A stretch of 64,000 nucleotides of DNA from Anthoceros angustus (taxonomy: Eukaryota > Plantae > Anthocerotophyta): assembly GCA_010909165.1 (NCBI GenBank), contig MU008165.1:2047042-2111041 (forward strand), given 5' to 3'. Positions 11,409 to 23,998 of this stretch are shown here, one piece after another. Numbering within the stretch: the first letter of the stretch is position 1; each line of letters starts with the position of its first letter. Under the pieces are notes generated by a model that saw nothing but the letters and a program-made list of their open reading frames with translations, was not told the DNA's origin and ran no database searches. A program made the translations under genes and the position numbers.

Positions 11409-11819
11409 TGTGGTGGGAGGTTCCCGGGACCCCCGGAACCCTCAGCCCTGTAGCGGCCACACTTATCCCACTGTCGGTTCGTACATTAGGTTTCGTTCCC
11501 ACGAAGGAGTGGGGGAGCCCTTCCCGCGGATGGAGGTGCGCCCTCACGGACCTCTCACTCCCGTGCAGGCGCCGACTAAGCGCCTCCTACCGGGCGCCAC
11601 AGGTGACCCACCCTCGGTAAGTCACACTACCCTCGCGCGATGACTCGTCGGCGGACCTCGTCATGAGAGGCACCGCCAATGCGTGGCGACCTTGGGACCC
11701 CAAATCACCGTCTGATGGGCAATCCTCCCACCAGCAGTTCCTACACTCCCTAAGACCCTTCTCTGACAAATTTGGGGCCGCCCCTCAAGCTCTTGTCCAC
11801 GACCCTTGAAATTTCACCT

Positions 11820-12045
11820 TCCCTCTCTTTTCTAGGTTTCTTCCTCCTCTCTTCTCTTTTTGTCTTTTCTCTTTTCTCTCTTGCTCCTTCCTTCTCCTCT
11901 CTTGCTCCCTATCCTCTCTAGCTCCTCTCTCGTCCTCTCTCGCTCTCACTCTCTCGCTCTCTCGCTCTCTCTCTTTTCTTTTCTCTTTTCTCTTTTCTCC
12001 TCTCTTCTCCTCTCTTCTCTAATCTACCTCTTCCACTCTTCCTAG
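11820..12045. repeat. CT-rich low-complexity tract (GA-rich on the element strand) in the R/U5 part of LTR B
   Basis: Polypyrimidine run directly visible. Confidence 0.85.
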
Positions 12046-12396
12046 CTAACTTCTGCCACAGGCGCCCTCACAGCCTCCCAGGCCTCGAGATCATAGGGCA
12101 TTGCCCTCACGGACCTAGGCGGACATTTGGCTGCAAGTGGCGTCCGCGTCTTTGGATTTTGCTAGGGGTCTTCCTTACCGATCAGCCATGCCGTCACTGC
12201 AACCACAATGCGCTCCTCACGCTCGAGCTACCCGGCTACCTCCGGAAAGAAAGGTTTGGGCCGCCCTCACCACAGTCACCGCACCTCAAGACCCTACCGG
12301 ACACCATGCACCCTCACACGGTCGGCCGCGCTTGTGTAGCAAGACAAGCACACAGTCGGAGAGCAAGGCATGACATTTTATTATGGGAGCTCCTCC

Positions 12397-12409
12397 CCTC
12401 TTATAGGAG
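12397..12409 (-). promoter_or_regulatory. Putative LTR TATA box (CTCCTATAAGAGG)
   Basis: Identical to 5127-5139; flanked by the inverted repeat GGGAGCTCC...GGAGCTCCC. Confidence 0.6.
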
Positions 12410-12549
12410 CTCCCCAAACCCTAGCATTAATTAAGTCGGTGGGGTAGGTGGGGTTGCTTACGGTTTTAAGTAGGTGGCCTCTTAAAGGTTCTTAACCTAC
12501 CTCCTAACAATCCCACTAACCCCTAGGGGTCTTAATGACCCATTCACTC

Positions 12550-15500
12550 CCCTACCAACTATCGCCTACTTCTTCTTGGCGTTGGCATGGCGGGCGCCCA
12601 ACCACCGTCTTCCTCCTCTTGGCTTGGGGGTGTCCCCGTCTCTTCACTCGTCGTCATGACGGGAACCTCCACACTGTCTCGGCGATGTTGATGAGGCGGT
12701 GGGCACGCCACCCCTCTTGCAGGCGCTCTTGTAGAGGCACCGGCCTCTCTGTAGCCATCCGCATCCCGCAATTACCTCAGGCGGTTGGGTGTTGGTGCTC
12801 TGTCTGCCGCCAGACCCCACCAACTCTCGGCTGGAAATCTCTTCCTCTTCCATTGGCTCCTCCCACATTGAGCCTTACGCATCCATTTCACTCTCCAAGT
12901 CCCGAATCTCCGAGGTGAGGGTGCAATTCTTCAAAATCTCCACATCGTCATCGTGGGGACCCAACAACTTCCTTGTCAACAAGGCATCTCCTTGGCAAAC
13001 TTGTTGACCCTAGCATGTAAGTGGACTGCATCTCACGGCCCTTCAAACAAATCTCATCAAATTCCTCGGGCCACTCTCACGAGGCTATCTTACCATAGCG
13101 CATCCCTCTCAAGCGTCACCTCACTCAAGCAGGCGTAAGTGACATTCTCGGCATCTCTCTTCCATGCCTCCGGTATCCCTTGCGCCATGCATAATCGGCT
13201 GGGCGTTGCTTCTGACGACGGCATGCGATGCATCATTTTCCTCGGTGGGCTACCTCTTCCTTCCACCGTTGGTCGACCTCCGTTGCTTGCTTTGGAGCTC
13301 CTCACGCTCCTTGCTCCATGTGGCTGTCCTTCCTCCGGCTCCTTGAGCTTGGCCTCGATTCTTCATTCTTGGCTTGCGGCCTCGGCCTCCCAGGGGCAGT
13401 CTTGATCGTCCCTATTCTCTTCTTCTCGGCTGAAGGCGAGAAATTCTTCGCTCCTTCCCACGGACAGTCTCCTCAATCTTACGATTGAGGTAGCCACTTC
13501 CTTCATTCGCTCCCTACTTTCTTGTCTCGACCTTTGTTCTTCAATCTTGAGCCCCAACCTTCTCTCCAGTCAACTAGGCCCTTGCGCCATCTCCTTGATA
13601 GCCTTGCTATCCTTCTCCCCACCGATCAGTACTGCCCTCTCGACGCCTCACCTCCAACTCCTCTACTCGTAAGGCCCGCTTACTAATGGAGTATCAATTA
13701 GTCGATGATGGTCAGATCCTTCAAAGCCTTTGTCTTCTCATTCCTCCGGGTCGACAACGCCTTTCTCTTGGTGAGCGCCTCCACCCCCGATATGGGTGGA
13801 ACTCCGTGACTCGGTCATCTCACAGGGTGGGTTACATCCACCACCGCTCCATGGGGTTGCCTCAGACACATGGTGGCACCGCCACCTCTTCCTCTTGTGC
13901 CACTGCCTCGGACGACGTGCACTTCTTCCTTCAAGGCCGACGGGGTGGTCTCATCATCCAAGATCACCACGAGGTGAAGCACTCCTTGCTCCACCTTGGG
14001 TTCCTCCTCTGCCTTCTTCACCTTCTTAGGAGAGGGACCCTGTCATCCCTCGGAGGGACCACTTCAAGCGGTGGTAAGACTCCTCCGGCTCTTCTTATCG
14101 TAACCCATGTGCCCCCACAATTGCACAAGGTAAGTACTCAAATGGTGTCTCCCCACAGACGGGCACTCTTCTTCCTTCCTTGGCGTCGGGCGGGGTGGTC
14201 TCATCATCCAAGATCACCACACGGGTGAAGCACTCCTTGCTCCACCTTGGGTTCCTCCTGCCTTCTTCACCTTCTTAGGAGAGGGACCCTGTCACCCCTC
14301 GGAGGGACCACTTCAAGCGGTGGTAAGACTCCTCCAGCTCTTCTTGTCGTAACCCATGTGCCCCCACAAGCTGAGTAAGTACTCAAATGGGTGCCTCGCC
14401 CCTCATTATCCACAATGTTTGGCCTCGGACTTGTCTCGGTGATGCTCATATCACAAGATGGTTGTCCCCAGTCGGTGAGCTCCTTGCTTCGCCCACATGA
14501 AATGAAAGAATGCCTCAAGTAGGTGGTTCACGACCAGTCACCCCAAAACTATCCTTGTAAAAGCTTCCACTTGAGGTCGACAATCTTATCTGCCCTCCAC
14601 CGCCTTCGCCTATCCCTCCGATGAGCATGCCGAGAGCTTCCTCGGGAAGGTCGACCACTGCTCCATGGGGTTGCCTCAGACACATGGTGGCACGCCACCT
14701 CTTCCTCTTGTGCCCTTGTCTCCCCACAGACGGGCACTCTTCTTCCTTGGCGTCGGGCGGGGTGGTCTCATCATCCAAGATCACCACACGGGTGAAGCAC
14801 TCCTTGCTCCACCTTGGGTTCCTCCTGCCTTCTTCACCTTCTTAGGAGAGGGACCCTGTCACCCCTCGGAGGGACCACTTCAAGCGGTGGTAAGACTCCT
14901 CCAGCTCTTCTTATCGTAACCCATGTGCCCCCACAAGCTGAGTAAGTACTCAAATGGTATGCCTCGCCCCTCATTATCCACAATGTTTGGCCTCGTGACT
15001 TGTCTCGGTGATGCTCATAGGCCTTGACATGGTTGTCCCCAGTCGGTGAGCTCCTTGCTTGACTTCCACATGAAAGAATGCCTTCTTGAAGTAGGTGGTT
15101 CGTGACGGCGGTCAACCCAAAACTATCCTTGTAAAAGCTTCCACTTGAGGTCGACAATTCCTTCATTCGCTCCCTACTTTCTTGTCTCGGCCTTTGTTCT
15201 TCAATCTTCTTTGAGCCCCAACCTTCTCTCCGGGTCAACTAGGCGCCCTTTGCCAGCGCCATCTCCTTGATAGCCTTGCTATCCTTCTCCCCACATGGGG
15301 CAATCGCTTGGTGTCCTCTGACAGCTCACCTCAACTCCTCTACTTCACCTTAAGGCACTTCACTAATGGAGTGTCAATTAGGCGAGATGGTCGGCGATCC
15401 TTCAAAGCCTTTGTCTTCTCATTCCCCTCACAGGGGTCGACTCGGCCTTTCTCTTGGTGGCGGTCTCTCCACTCTGGCCCGATGTTGGGTGGAACTCCGT

Positions 15501-18500
15501 GACTCGGTCATCTCACAGGGTGGGTTACATCCACCACCACTGCTCCATGGGGTTGCCTCAGACACATGGTGGCACCGCCACCTCTTCCTCTTGTGCCACT
15601 GCCTCGGACGACGTGCACTTCTTCCTTCAAGGCCGACGGGGTGGTCTCATCATCCAAGATCACCACGAGGTGAAGCACTCCTTGCTCCACCTTGGGTTCC
15701 TCCTCCTTCTTCACCTTCTTAGGAGAGGGACCCTGTCATCCCTCGGAGGGACCACTTCAAGCGGTGGTAAGACTCCTCCGGCTCTTCTTATCGTAACCCA
15801 TGTGCCCCCACAATTGCACAAGGTAAGTACTCAAATGGTGTCTCCCCACAGACGGGCACTCTTCTTCCTTGGCGTCGGGCGGGGTGGTCTCATCATCCAA
15901 GATCACCACACGGGTGAAGCACTCCTTGCTCCACCTTGGGTTCCTCCTGCCTTCTTCACCTTCTTAGGAGAGGGACCCTGTCACCCCTCGGAGGGACCAC
16001 TTCAAGCGGTGGTAAGACTCCTCCAGCTCTTCTTGTCGTAACCCATGTGCCCCCACAAGCTGAGTAAGTACTCAAATGGGTGCCTCGCCCCTCATTATCC
16101 ACAATGTTTGGCCTCGGACTTGTCTCGGTGATGCTCATATCACAAGATGGTTGTCCCCAGCCGAGCTCCTTGCTTCGCCCACATGAAATGAAAGAATGCC
16201 TTCTTGAAGTAGGTGGTTCACGACCAGTCACCCCAAAACTATCCTTGTAAAAGCTTCCACTTGAGGTCGACAATCTTATCTGCCCTCCACCGCCTTCGCC
16301 TATCCCTCCGATGAGCATGCCGAGAGCTTCCTCGGGAAGGTCGACCACTGCTCCATGGGGTTGCCTCCAGCACATGGTGGCCCGCCACCTCTTCCTCTTG
16401 TGCCCTTGTCTCCCCACAGACGGGCACTCTTCTTCCTTGGCGTCGGGCGGGGTGGTCTCATCATCCAAGATCACCACACGGGTGAAGCACTCCTTGCTCC
16501 ACCTTGGGTTCCTCCTGCCTTCTTCACCTTCTTAGGAGAGGGACCCTGTCACCCCTCGGAGGGACCACTTCAAGCGGTGGTAAGACTCCTCCAGCTCTTC
16601 TTGTCGTAACCCATGTGCCCCCACAAGCTGAGTAAGTACTCAAATGGGTGCCTCGCCCCTCATTATCCACAATGTTTGGCCTCGTGACTTGTCTCGGTGA
16701 TGCTCATAGGCCTTGACATGGTTGTCCCCAGTCGGTGAGCTCCTTGCTTGACTTCCACATGAAAGAATGCCTTTGAAGTAGGTGGTTCGTGACGGCGGTC
16801 AACCCAAAACTATCCTTGTAAAAGCTTCCACTTGAGGTCGACAATCTTATCATCCTCCGGCCATTCAGCGTCTTGGCGTCTATCCCTCCGATGAGCATCT
16901 TTGAGCTTCCTCGGGAAGGTCGACCACTGCTCTCTTTCCATCTTCATTCCTCCGTGGGAGCCACACCATCACTCTCCTCGGCCTCCCAGGGCGTCTTCAT
17001 CCCTATTCTCTTCTTCTCGGCTGAAGAGTGAGTCTTGCCGCTCCTTCCCACCAGACGGTCTCCTCAATTTTACGGTTGAGGTAGCCACTTCCTTCATTCG
17101 CTCCCTACTTTCTTGTCTCGGCCTTTGTTCTTCAATCTTCTTTGAGCCCCAACCTTCTCTCCGGGTCAACTAGGCGCCCTTTGCCAGCGCCATCTCCTTG
17201 ATAGCCTTGCTATCCTTCTCCCCACATGGGGCAATCGCTTGGTGTCCTCTGACAGCTCACCTCAACTCCTCTACTTCACCTTAAGGCACTTCACTAATGG
17301 AGTGTCAATTAGGCGAGATGGTCGGCGATCCTTCAAAGCCTTTGTCTTCTCATTCCCCTCACAGGGGTCGACTCGGCCTTTCTCTTGGTGGCGGTCTCTC
17401 CACTCTGGCCCGATGTTGGGTGGAACTCCTGACTCGGTCATCTCACAGGGTGGGTTACATCCACCACCACTGCTCCATGGGGTTGCCTCCTGTACACATG
17501 GTGGCACCACCTCTTCCTCTTGTGCCCTTGTCTCCCCACAGGGACAGGCACTTCTCCTTCCTTGGCGTCGGGCAGGGGTGGTCTCATCATCCAAGATCAC
17601 CACGAGGTGAAGCACTCCTTGCTCCACCTTGGGTTCCTCCTCTGCCTTCTTCACCTTCTTAGGAGAGGGACCCTGTCTCCCTCGGAGGGACCACTTCAAG
17701 AATGGTAAGACTCCTCCAGCTCTTCTTCGGTAACCCATGTGCCCCCCACAATTGCACAAGGTAAGTACTCAAATGGCTATGCCTCGCCCCCTCATTATCC
17801 ACAATGTTTGGCCTCGACTTGTCTCGGTGATGCTCATAGGCCCGACATGGTTGTCCCCAGTCGGTGAGCTCCTTGACTTCCACATGAAATGAAAGAATGC
17901 CTGAAGTAGGTGGTTGAGAGTCAAAAACTATCCTTGTAAAAGCTTCCACTTGAGGTCGACAATCTTATCATCCTCCGGCCATTCAGCGTCTTGGCGTCTA
18001 TCCCTCCGATGAGCATCTTTGAGCTTCCTCGGGAAGGTCGACCACCGCTCTTTCCATCTTCATTCCTCTCGTGGGAGCCACCATCACTCTCGGTTTCGGC
18101 CTCCCATACACCTTCGAATGTGCCGATACCCATCCTTCGGATCCGCCCGCACGTTCCTCTCCGTCAGTCTCTGTTTCTCCCTCGGAGGGACCACTTCAAG
18201 CGGTGGTAAGACTCAACCAATTCCACATTAGAATAGGCCCAATGCCTATCGTAAACCCTTTGGGCTGCACATTTTTTCGGACCGTCGAAAATCCCATAAG
18301 TCTCTGGAGGAGACTTGCTGAAAACACAAAATCCCGGCCCCTCCTTCTCGGATCCTTCTCGGGCTTCTCCTTCACGCTTTTCTTCTTCTCCTTTGCTGAC
18401 AGGTTCGCTCCCTCCTTGCTGCTGGACGCCTTGCGCACTCCTCCGGGGCATTGCGTCTTCATCTCCGCCATATACAGGTCTAACTTCTCCAAAATCCTCC

Positions 18501-19200
18501 TTTTATACTCGGTCTTTCTCCTCTTTCGATCTTCCTCTAAAAAATCTAGCTAAGTGTTTCTTCAGGTCTGTCCTCGAGGCCCGCCTCCTGCTGATCCTAG
18601 TCCTCCGATAAATGAGCTAAACGCTCCCCTCTGCCCACATATATAGGGTGAGGAGGATTTTCCACACCCAAAGGCCAAGGACGAAATTTCCCTGTCAAGG
18701 CCAAGGACCCCCTTGATACGTTGGAATTCCTCAACCACGAAGGCCAAGGACGAAATTCTCCTCAGCGCCAAGATTTTCCCAAGGCTATATATGCTTGCAT
18801 GCGCCTCCTTGGTGCGCCTCTTCCTCCTCTCGCGCGCTGTCACACCATCACTCTCCTCGGCCTCCCATACACCTTCGAATGTCTTTGGGCGGTCCATCCC
18901 TTCGGATCCGCCCGCACGTTCCTCTCCGTCAGTCCTCTGCTTCTCCGCTCCGAGCCGTCAGAGCAAGACTCAACCAATTCCACATTAGAATAGGCCCAAT
19001 GCCTATCGTGAAACCCACTGAGTATTGGCCGAGCCCATCGAAAATCCCATAAGTCTCGGAGGAGACTTGCACAAACACAAAATCCCGGCCCCTCCTTCTC
19101 GGCGATCCTTCTGCTTCTCCTTCACCGCTTTTCTTCTTCTTCTCCTTCGTGTGCGCCCCTCCTTGCCGGGCTGGACGCCTTGCGCACTCCTCCGGGGCAT
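12550..19200 (-). pseudogene. LTR-encoded accessory ORF (family B), frameshifted and internally multiplied
   Basis: Starts MPRRS (19200; duplicate at 18451); motifs DRHWAYSNVELVES, DLPEEALGMLIGGI, DKIVDLKWKL, TDWG, ENVT, ERDA, EWP, LGPHDDD. 3' end approximate. Confidence 0.6.
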
Positions 19201-19500
19201 TGCGTCTTCATCTCCGCTTCCGCATCCTTCTCAAAAATCCTCCTCACTATGCCTCTCCTGATCTCCTCTCAAAAATCCAGCTAAGTTTTCGTCCTCCGGT
19301 GCTCTCCCCCGTCCTAGTCCTCTCCCGACCAACTCAAATGAGCTAAACGCCTCTACATATATAGGGTGAGGAGGATTTTCCACACCCAAAGGCCAAGGAC
19401 AAAAATTTCCCTGTCCAGGCCAAGGACCTTTCCTTCAAGAAACGTTAGAATTCCTCAACCACGAAGGCCAAGGAAAAATTCTCCTGCCACCGCGCCAAGG
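13400..19500. repeat. Complex tandem/nested duplications within LTR B
   Basis: The same 0.25-1.7-kb blocks recur 2-7 times (e.g. gaagcactccttgctccaccttgggttcctcc); 18080-18780 repeats at 18840-19500. Confidence 0.8.
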
Positions 19501-20015
19501 ATTTTCTCTATATATGCTTGCATGCGCCTCCTTGGTCGGCGCCTCTTCCTCCTCCCTCGCTCTGGCTCCTGGCCACCACCTTCAACCTCTCGCGCTGTCA
19601 TGCGGAATTGCCTTTGTATAACCAGACCTCTTCGCGTCTTCGGTGGAGTAAACTTACTCCATGCATTTTATGCGGGGGCGTGACTGGCGCCGCCGCCACT
19701 GGGCCGGCACCAACCCTCCTTTCTGCGGTTCGGCCTTGCGAACCTCCCGTGTAAATTCTTCCAACTTCCGGACCTCCGTGGGACCTCCGTCCTTTCTAAC
19801 CGTTGGACCCGTTTTGAATCCGTTTTCCTCCTTTACATCATCGGTCGGGGCGCAAATCTGTCCGCTTCTCCATGTGCCACTCTTGTTCTTTGTCTTCCGT
19901 CAATGATACATTGGTGAAAAAGAAAAAAAAGAAAAATAAAACCTAACTAATATGAACAAAACTAAGAGGCATCCGCCCTCTTCTGCCGTGGACCCAAAAT
20001 TTGGCGTTCCACATG

Positions 20016-20026
20016 CCCCCCCTTCC
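20016..20026 (-). other. Polypurine tract GGAAGGGGGGG
   Basis: Lies between the integrase stop and the TG start of the LTR, separated from it by 2 nt. Confidence 0.85.
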
Positions 20027-20057
20027 ACTTGTTTGCGTCCACCGCAAACAACAGGAC

Positions 20058-21127
20058 TCAAAAATACTTCTTGACCTTCCGACCATTCACTCGCGTTAGC
20101 GAGGTCTCCATCCAAGACTCGCGGTGAACAGACCCATTCTCATACACCTCCTCAACCTTGTAGGGTCCCATCCACCTCAATCTCAACTTTCCTGGAAAAT
20201 CTAAGTATCGGCTGTCATACAGCAACACCAAATCTCCAGCCACAATCACTTCTCTCTTTCGAAGCTTCCCGTCATGTCGATGCTTCCGTTGTTCTTGGAT
20301 CTTGTAGGTCTCCTCAAGTGCCTCTTCTCGGTCCTCCTCATAAGTCGCGAAAGCCTCCAATCGTATTTGTTTGTTGTCCTCCACAGTCATCCTTACGTCC
20401 TCCATGATTCGATGTGTTGGAATCTCAAACTCAATTGGTAACACTTGGTGACATCCGTAGGTCGGATAGTAGGCGTTCGTTTCGTGGTTACCTTCTCGGT
20501 ATCGATATGCCCAAAGTCTTTGAATGAAGCTTCGTGTCGATCATACATGTGTGTGGATCACCTTAGTCAAAATGGTACCCGACAATCCGTTGGTCTTCTC
20601 GTGAGGCCATTTGCCTTGGGTTGTAAGGCGTTGTCTTGCGGTGTCGTATGTTGAAGTAGCTGGTCAGCGACTCAATGTGATGTTCAAGTGAGTTCCTCGG
20701 TCACTCACCAACTCAAGGACAACCATACGTGTGATGATGTTCTCAAACAAAAATTTTACGCATTGTCGGGCGTCATCCTTCCTATGCCTCGCCTCTACCA
20801 TCTTGGTGCGATGTCGGTGGCCACCAATATGTATTGCTTAGTCCACGGTAGGTGGGCGAATCGGCCAACAAAGTCGATTCCCACTTCTCAAAAGGAGCGA
20901 GTGGCGAATGTAGGTCGATGGCCCTTTGTGTGACGATGTCGGCCTCCCTACGGCCCGGCGCGCATCTCCTAATAGAATCCCAAACATCACGTTGCATGGT
21001 AGTCCACCAAAAGCCTGTATCCAAAATCTTCTTAATCGTGACCTGCACCGAGTAATGACCTCCTGCCTCCTCCGCATGTAAAGCCTCAATCACTAAAACT
21101 GCCTCTCCAGGCTCCAGACACCTTCGT
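20058..21127 (-). pseudogene. Ty3/Gypsy integrase, non-chromovirus (Athila/Tat-like); element truncated upstream
   Basis: HAEEAGGHY..KILDTGFWWTTMQRD (zinc-binding region), PFEKW..DFVG core, LPIEFEIP, GDLVLLYD, FPGKLRLRWMGPY, VNG..VKKY; no chromodomain. Confidence 0.9.
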
Positions 21128-21130
21128 ATT

Positions 21131-21410
21131 CAAAGGGACAATGACCATGAGCTAGACAATGCATTATCTAAACTTGCAGTTGACAAGAAGACTCTGGAAG
21201 ATGCGGCTTGGGGATTGGAGTGCGAAGGAAACACGTTGCGTCAGAACCTGGAGGCAGAGCAGGAGAAAAAAGCGTGCTTGATCTGCTATGTGAAGCCTAG
21301 GAACACCGTCGTCCTTCCTTGCTTGCATTTTATGTTTTGCAACTTGCATTGACTGTGAGTTGGGATCTCTGTGTCCTATTTGCAGGCCCCATCCTTGGGT
21401 ATATAGTGTG
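21131..21410 (+). pseudogene. Coiled coil plus RING-HC (C3HC4) zinc-finger gene fragment
   Basis: Manual translation LRQNLEAEQEKKACLICYVKPRNTVVLPCLHFMFCN-[frameshift]-CIDCELGSLCPICR; no start codon seen; not in the ORF track. Confidence 0.75.
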
Positions 21411-21768
21411 AATGTGCTTTAGCTCCAATGCTATTGTTGCTGTCTATTTTAAACCTTTCAACTGGGCCTTGGTGTACGCTATGGGCGAGTTGCTAAGAAT
21501 AATGTACGGGCATGCAATACACTTTTTGTATGGCGAGACCTTAGCAATTGGCGAGGACATAGCATTAACAATGTACTTTTGAGGTTTAAAGGGCCTTTCT
21601 ATAAGAAAAGCAGCCTTTAATTGTACCCTAAGCTTTGGTTCTTGTATGGAGCTATGGCTCTTTGTTCCAACAAAGGCATCTCTTGGTTGGTTGGTTGAGG
21701 TTCGGATCTGCTTCTCCACTTCTCGCTCTATTTGTAAGAAAAGGTATCCCACGTACGAGTGGAGAGGT

Positions 21769-22360
21769 GTGATGTAGAGGCGCAAGTCTGAACAGTTGCT
21801 GGCATGGTGGAGAGCTCCCCTCCAGCGCTATCGCCACCATGCTTAAACAAAAAGACACTTTCAAAAACGAGCCCGCGTAGGAAGAAATGCCAGCCATTTC
21901 TTACGCCAAATAGACAACATTTATAAGAACGTGGTTACTAAGCATCTTGTGCTTCGATCGATACTTAGATGGGGTGTCTAGAGGGAGTGGATACCCTTGG
22001 TGCGAATAGCTGAGGCACACTATAGTACAAGTTGTTAAGAACCAAGTCCTATTATAGGAAAATTCAATCAAGTGGACTATAATAGACAAAAAGCTAGGTA
22101 AAGATTTAGAATCACCCACCTTAGTAGAAAAAGGGACCCACACTCATCCATGCCTCGTCTCATCATCACTAACCACATCATTTATGCGGAAAATGCTCGA
22201 TTATGTGTGTGAGAATCACATTCCTCAAGCGCATTTATTTGAAATAATGTCAATCCCATTTATTGTTGCAATCATTTCATTCCGCATTTCATTGAGGATT
22301 TCATCTATTCTTGTCGCAGTTATGAAGCTCATCTATGTTTATCTCATCATCATGAAGATT
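21769..22360 (-). repeat. Inverted copy of segment B of the tandem unit (26372-26950)
   Basis: Reverse-complement match over ~590 bp with scattered differences. Confidence 0.9.
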
Positions 22361-22598
22361 CGATCATTATCAACTTCAAGTATTAATCCTTTGCAATTGG
22401 GAAATGTGCATCTTGCATGATGATTATGCAACCATGGAGCAAGACATCGCTTGAAAGGAATGAGAACATCGTCCACTTGTGTGATTTCTTGATGTTTTTA
22501 ATTTCATCTTGACAAATGGTGCAATCCTTGACTTCGTCGCCATTATACATCCTTGTTCTCACCTTGAATGTTCTTCTAATTGAACTGTTATGCTCCAT
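22190..22598 (-). pseudogene. RING-H2 zinc-finger gene remnant (paralogue of the array RING ORFs)
   Basis: Across frames: DCTICQDEIKNIKK..CSHSFQ..CLAPWLHNHHARCTFPNCK, followed by an acidic tail DEILNEMRNEMIATING. 3' end approximate. Confidence 0.65.
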
Positions 22599-23998
22599 CA
22601 GGATTTCCCTAACCCTAAATGAATTCTTCGCTTCCTTGGAATAAGGAATAATGTGGTATTCTGGATGCAGTGATATGCCATATATTCGATGACAAACATA
22701 TATAGTTGGGGGTCATGTAACTAGGTATTATCAGGTAAAAAAAGTTTTTTCTCGATAACAAAATTGATAATAATTATAAATTGGTCTTACTATTTTAAAT
22801 ATTAGATAAAAATTATAAGATCTAATATATATGGTATCTATGTATGGAGTTGTGTTCACTGCAGCTTCTTAAAGATAGGTAGATCTCTAGAGTTTAGGGT
22901 TTATAGGTAGATAGAGGTTCGCTAGGCTAAAGAGCAGCATATGTGACTTGTGTCTGTGTGTAGGACCCAGCTACCTGAGCGTCGTACGACGTTTCCGCCA
23001 TGGTCTAGGGGCCCTACCATACGTGAATGCATGTCCATATGGCCCTTCGTATGCCACTACGAGTGATGGGGAAAAATTGAAATGTGTATGAATTGAGAGT
23101 GTAAAACGTCTTGAAAGTCTCACCTGGTGTGAGCCTGTAGGTAAGCCTATTAAGGCCCTAGGTTGTGCAGTATTCGACCAATATATCGTTTTCCTGGTCT
23201 CATGGGGTTAGGAAGAGCCAACTTGCAGTTCTCTTGCAGCCCTTGCAGGTAGTGGATTACCACCAGGTCGTGACACAAAGCCAGAACATTGCGTAGGAAC
23301 GGCATCACATAAAGCCCTCAAGCTTGAGGCAAACTGGTTGGTGGAATCCTTTGACGAATGATAGTGAGAAAGAGCTCATACATTTGCTGCCCGTGTGTAT
23401 GTGTTCCCATACTAACAACCCCCTGTCTATAACTATATGTTACACATGTGCATAGGTATATCTAACAAAGTGGCACCCTCGGCGGGACCTGCACATTCAA
23501 GTGCAAAAGGCTTGATGTCCTAACCTAAGGCTGGCTTGTCATCTGACTCATCATTCGCTAAGCTTTCCTTCACGGCTCCTGTTTGCCTAACAAGCCAGGC
23601 ACACAAATCCGTCGATCTCTTGATTTAGAAGGTTGCTTCTTGGGAAATGAAATGCTCTACTAACCGAGTCCTTAGAGGTTTTGACTTCACGGAGGAGGAA
23701 CTTGCTGCCTCGACTTCACGGAGGAGGAACTTGCTGCCTCGACTTAGTGAATAAAAATTCCAGAAATAGTCCCAATAGTAGTTCCCATGGGGCTTGTCAA
23801 CACCCAAAGTGTATACCCTCATGTTTGTGCTTGATCATTAGATCCAAGTCTTCCAAGCACCGTCGGGCAATTATTCTTTGGGGTCTTCCTCATCCCACAC
23901 TATTGTTGCGATGTTGAACTTCTTAGGCTCGAGTCTTCGACAAGGTCCGTGATCATCCATCCGCCGAAAGTTCGTCCACAAAAACATTGCGTCGGTCT

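Larger units (their letters stand above)
11409..20013 (-). mobile_element. Giant 3' LTR (family B) of a Ty3/Gypsy element, 8605 bp as assembled (~4.3 kb without duplications)
   Basis: On the minus strand it begins TGTGGAACG right after a PPT and ends CCACA at the LINE junction; shares GACAGTGGGATAAGTGTGGCCGCTA near its 3' end with solo LTR A. Confidence 0.85.
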
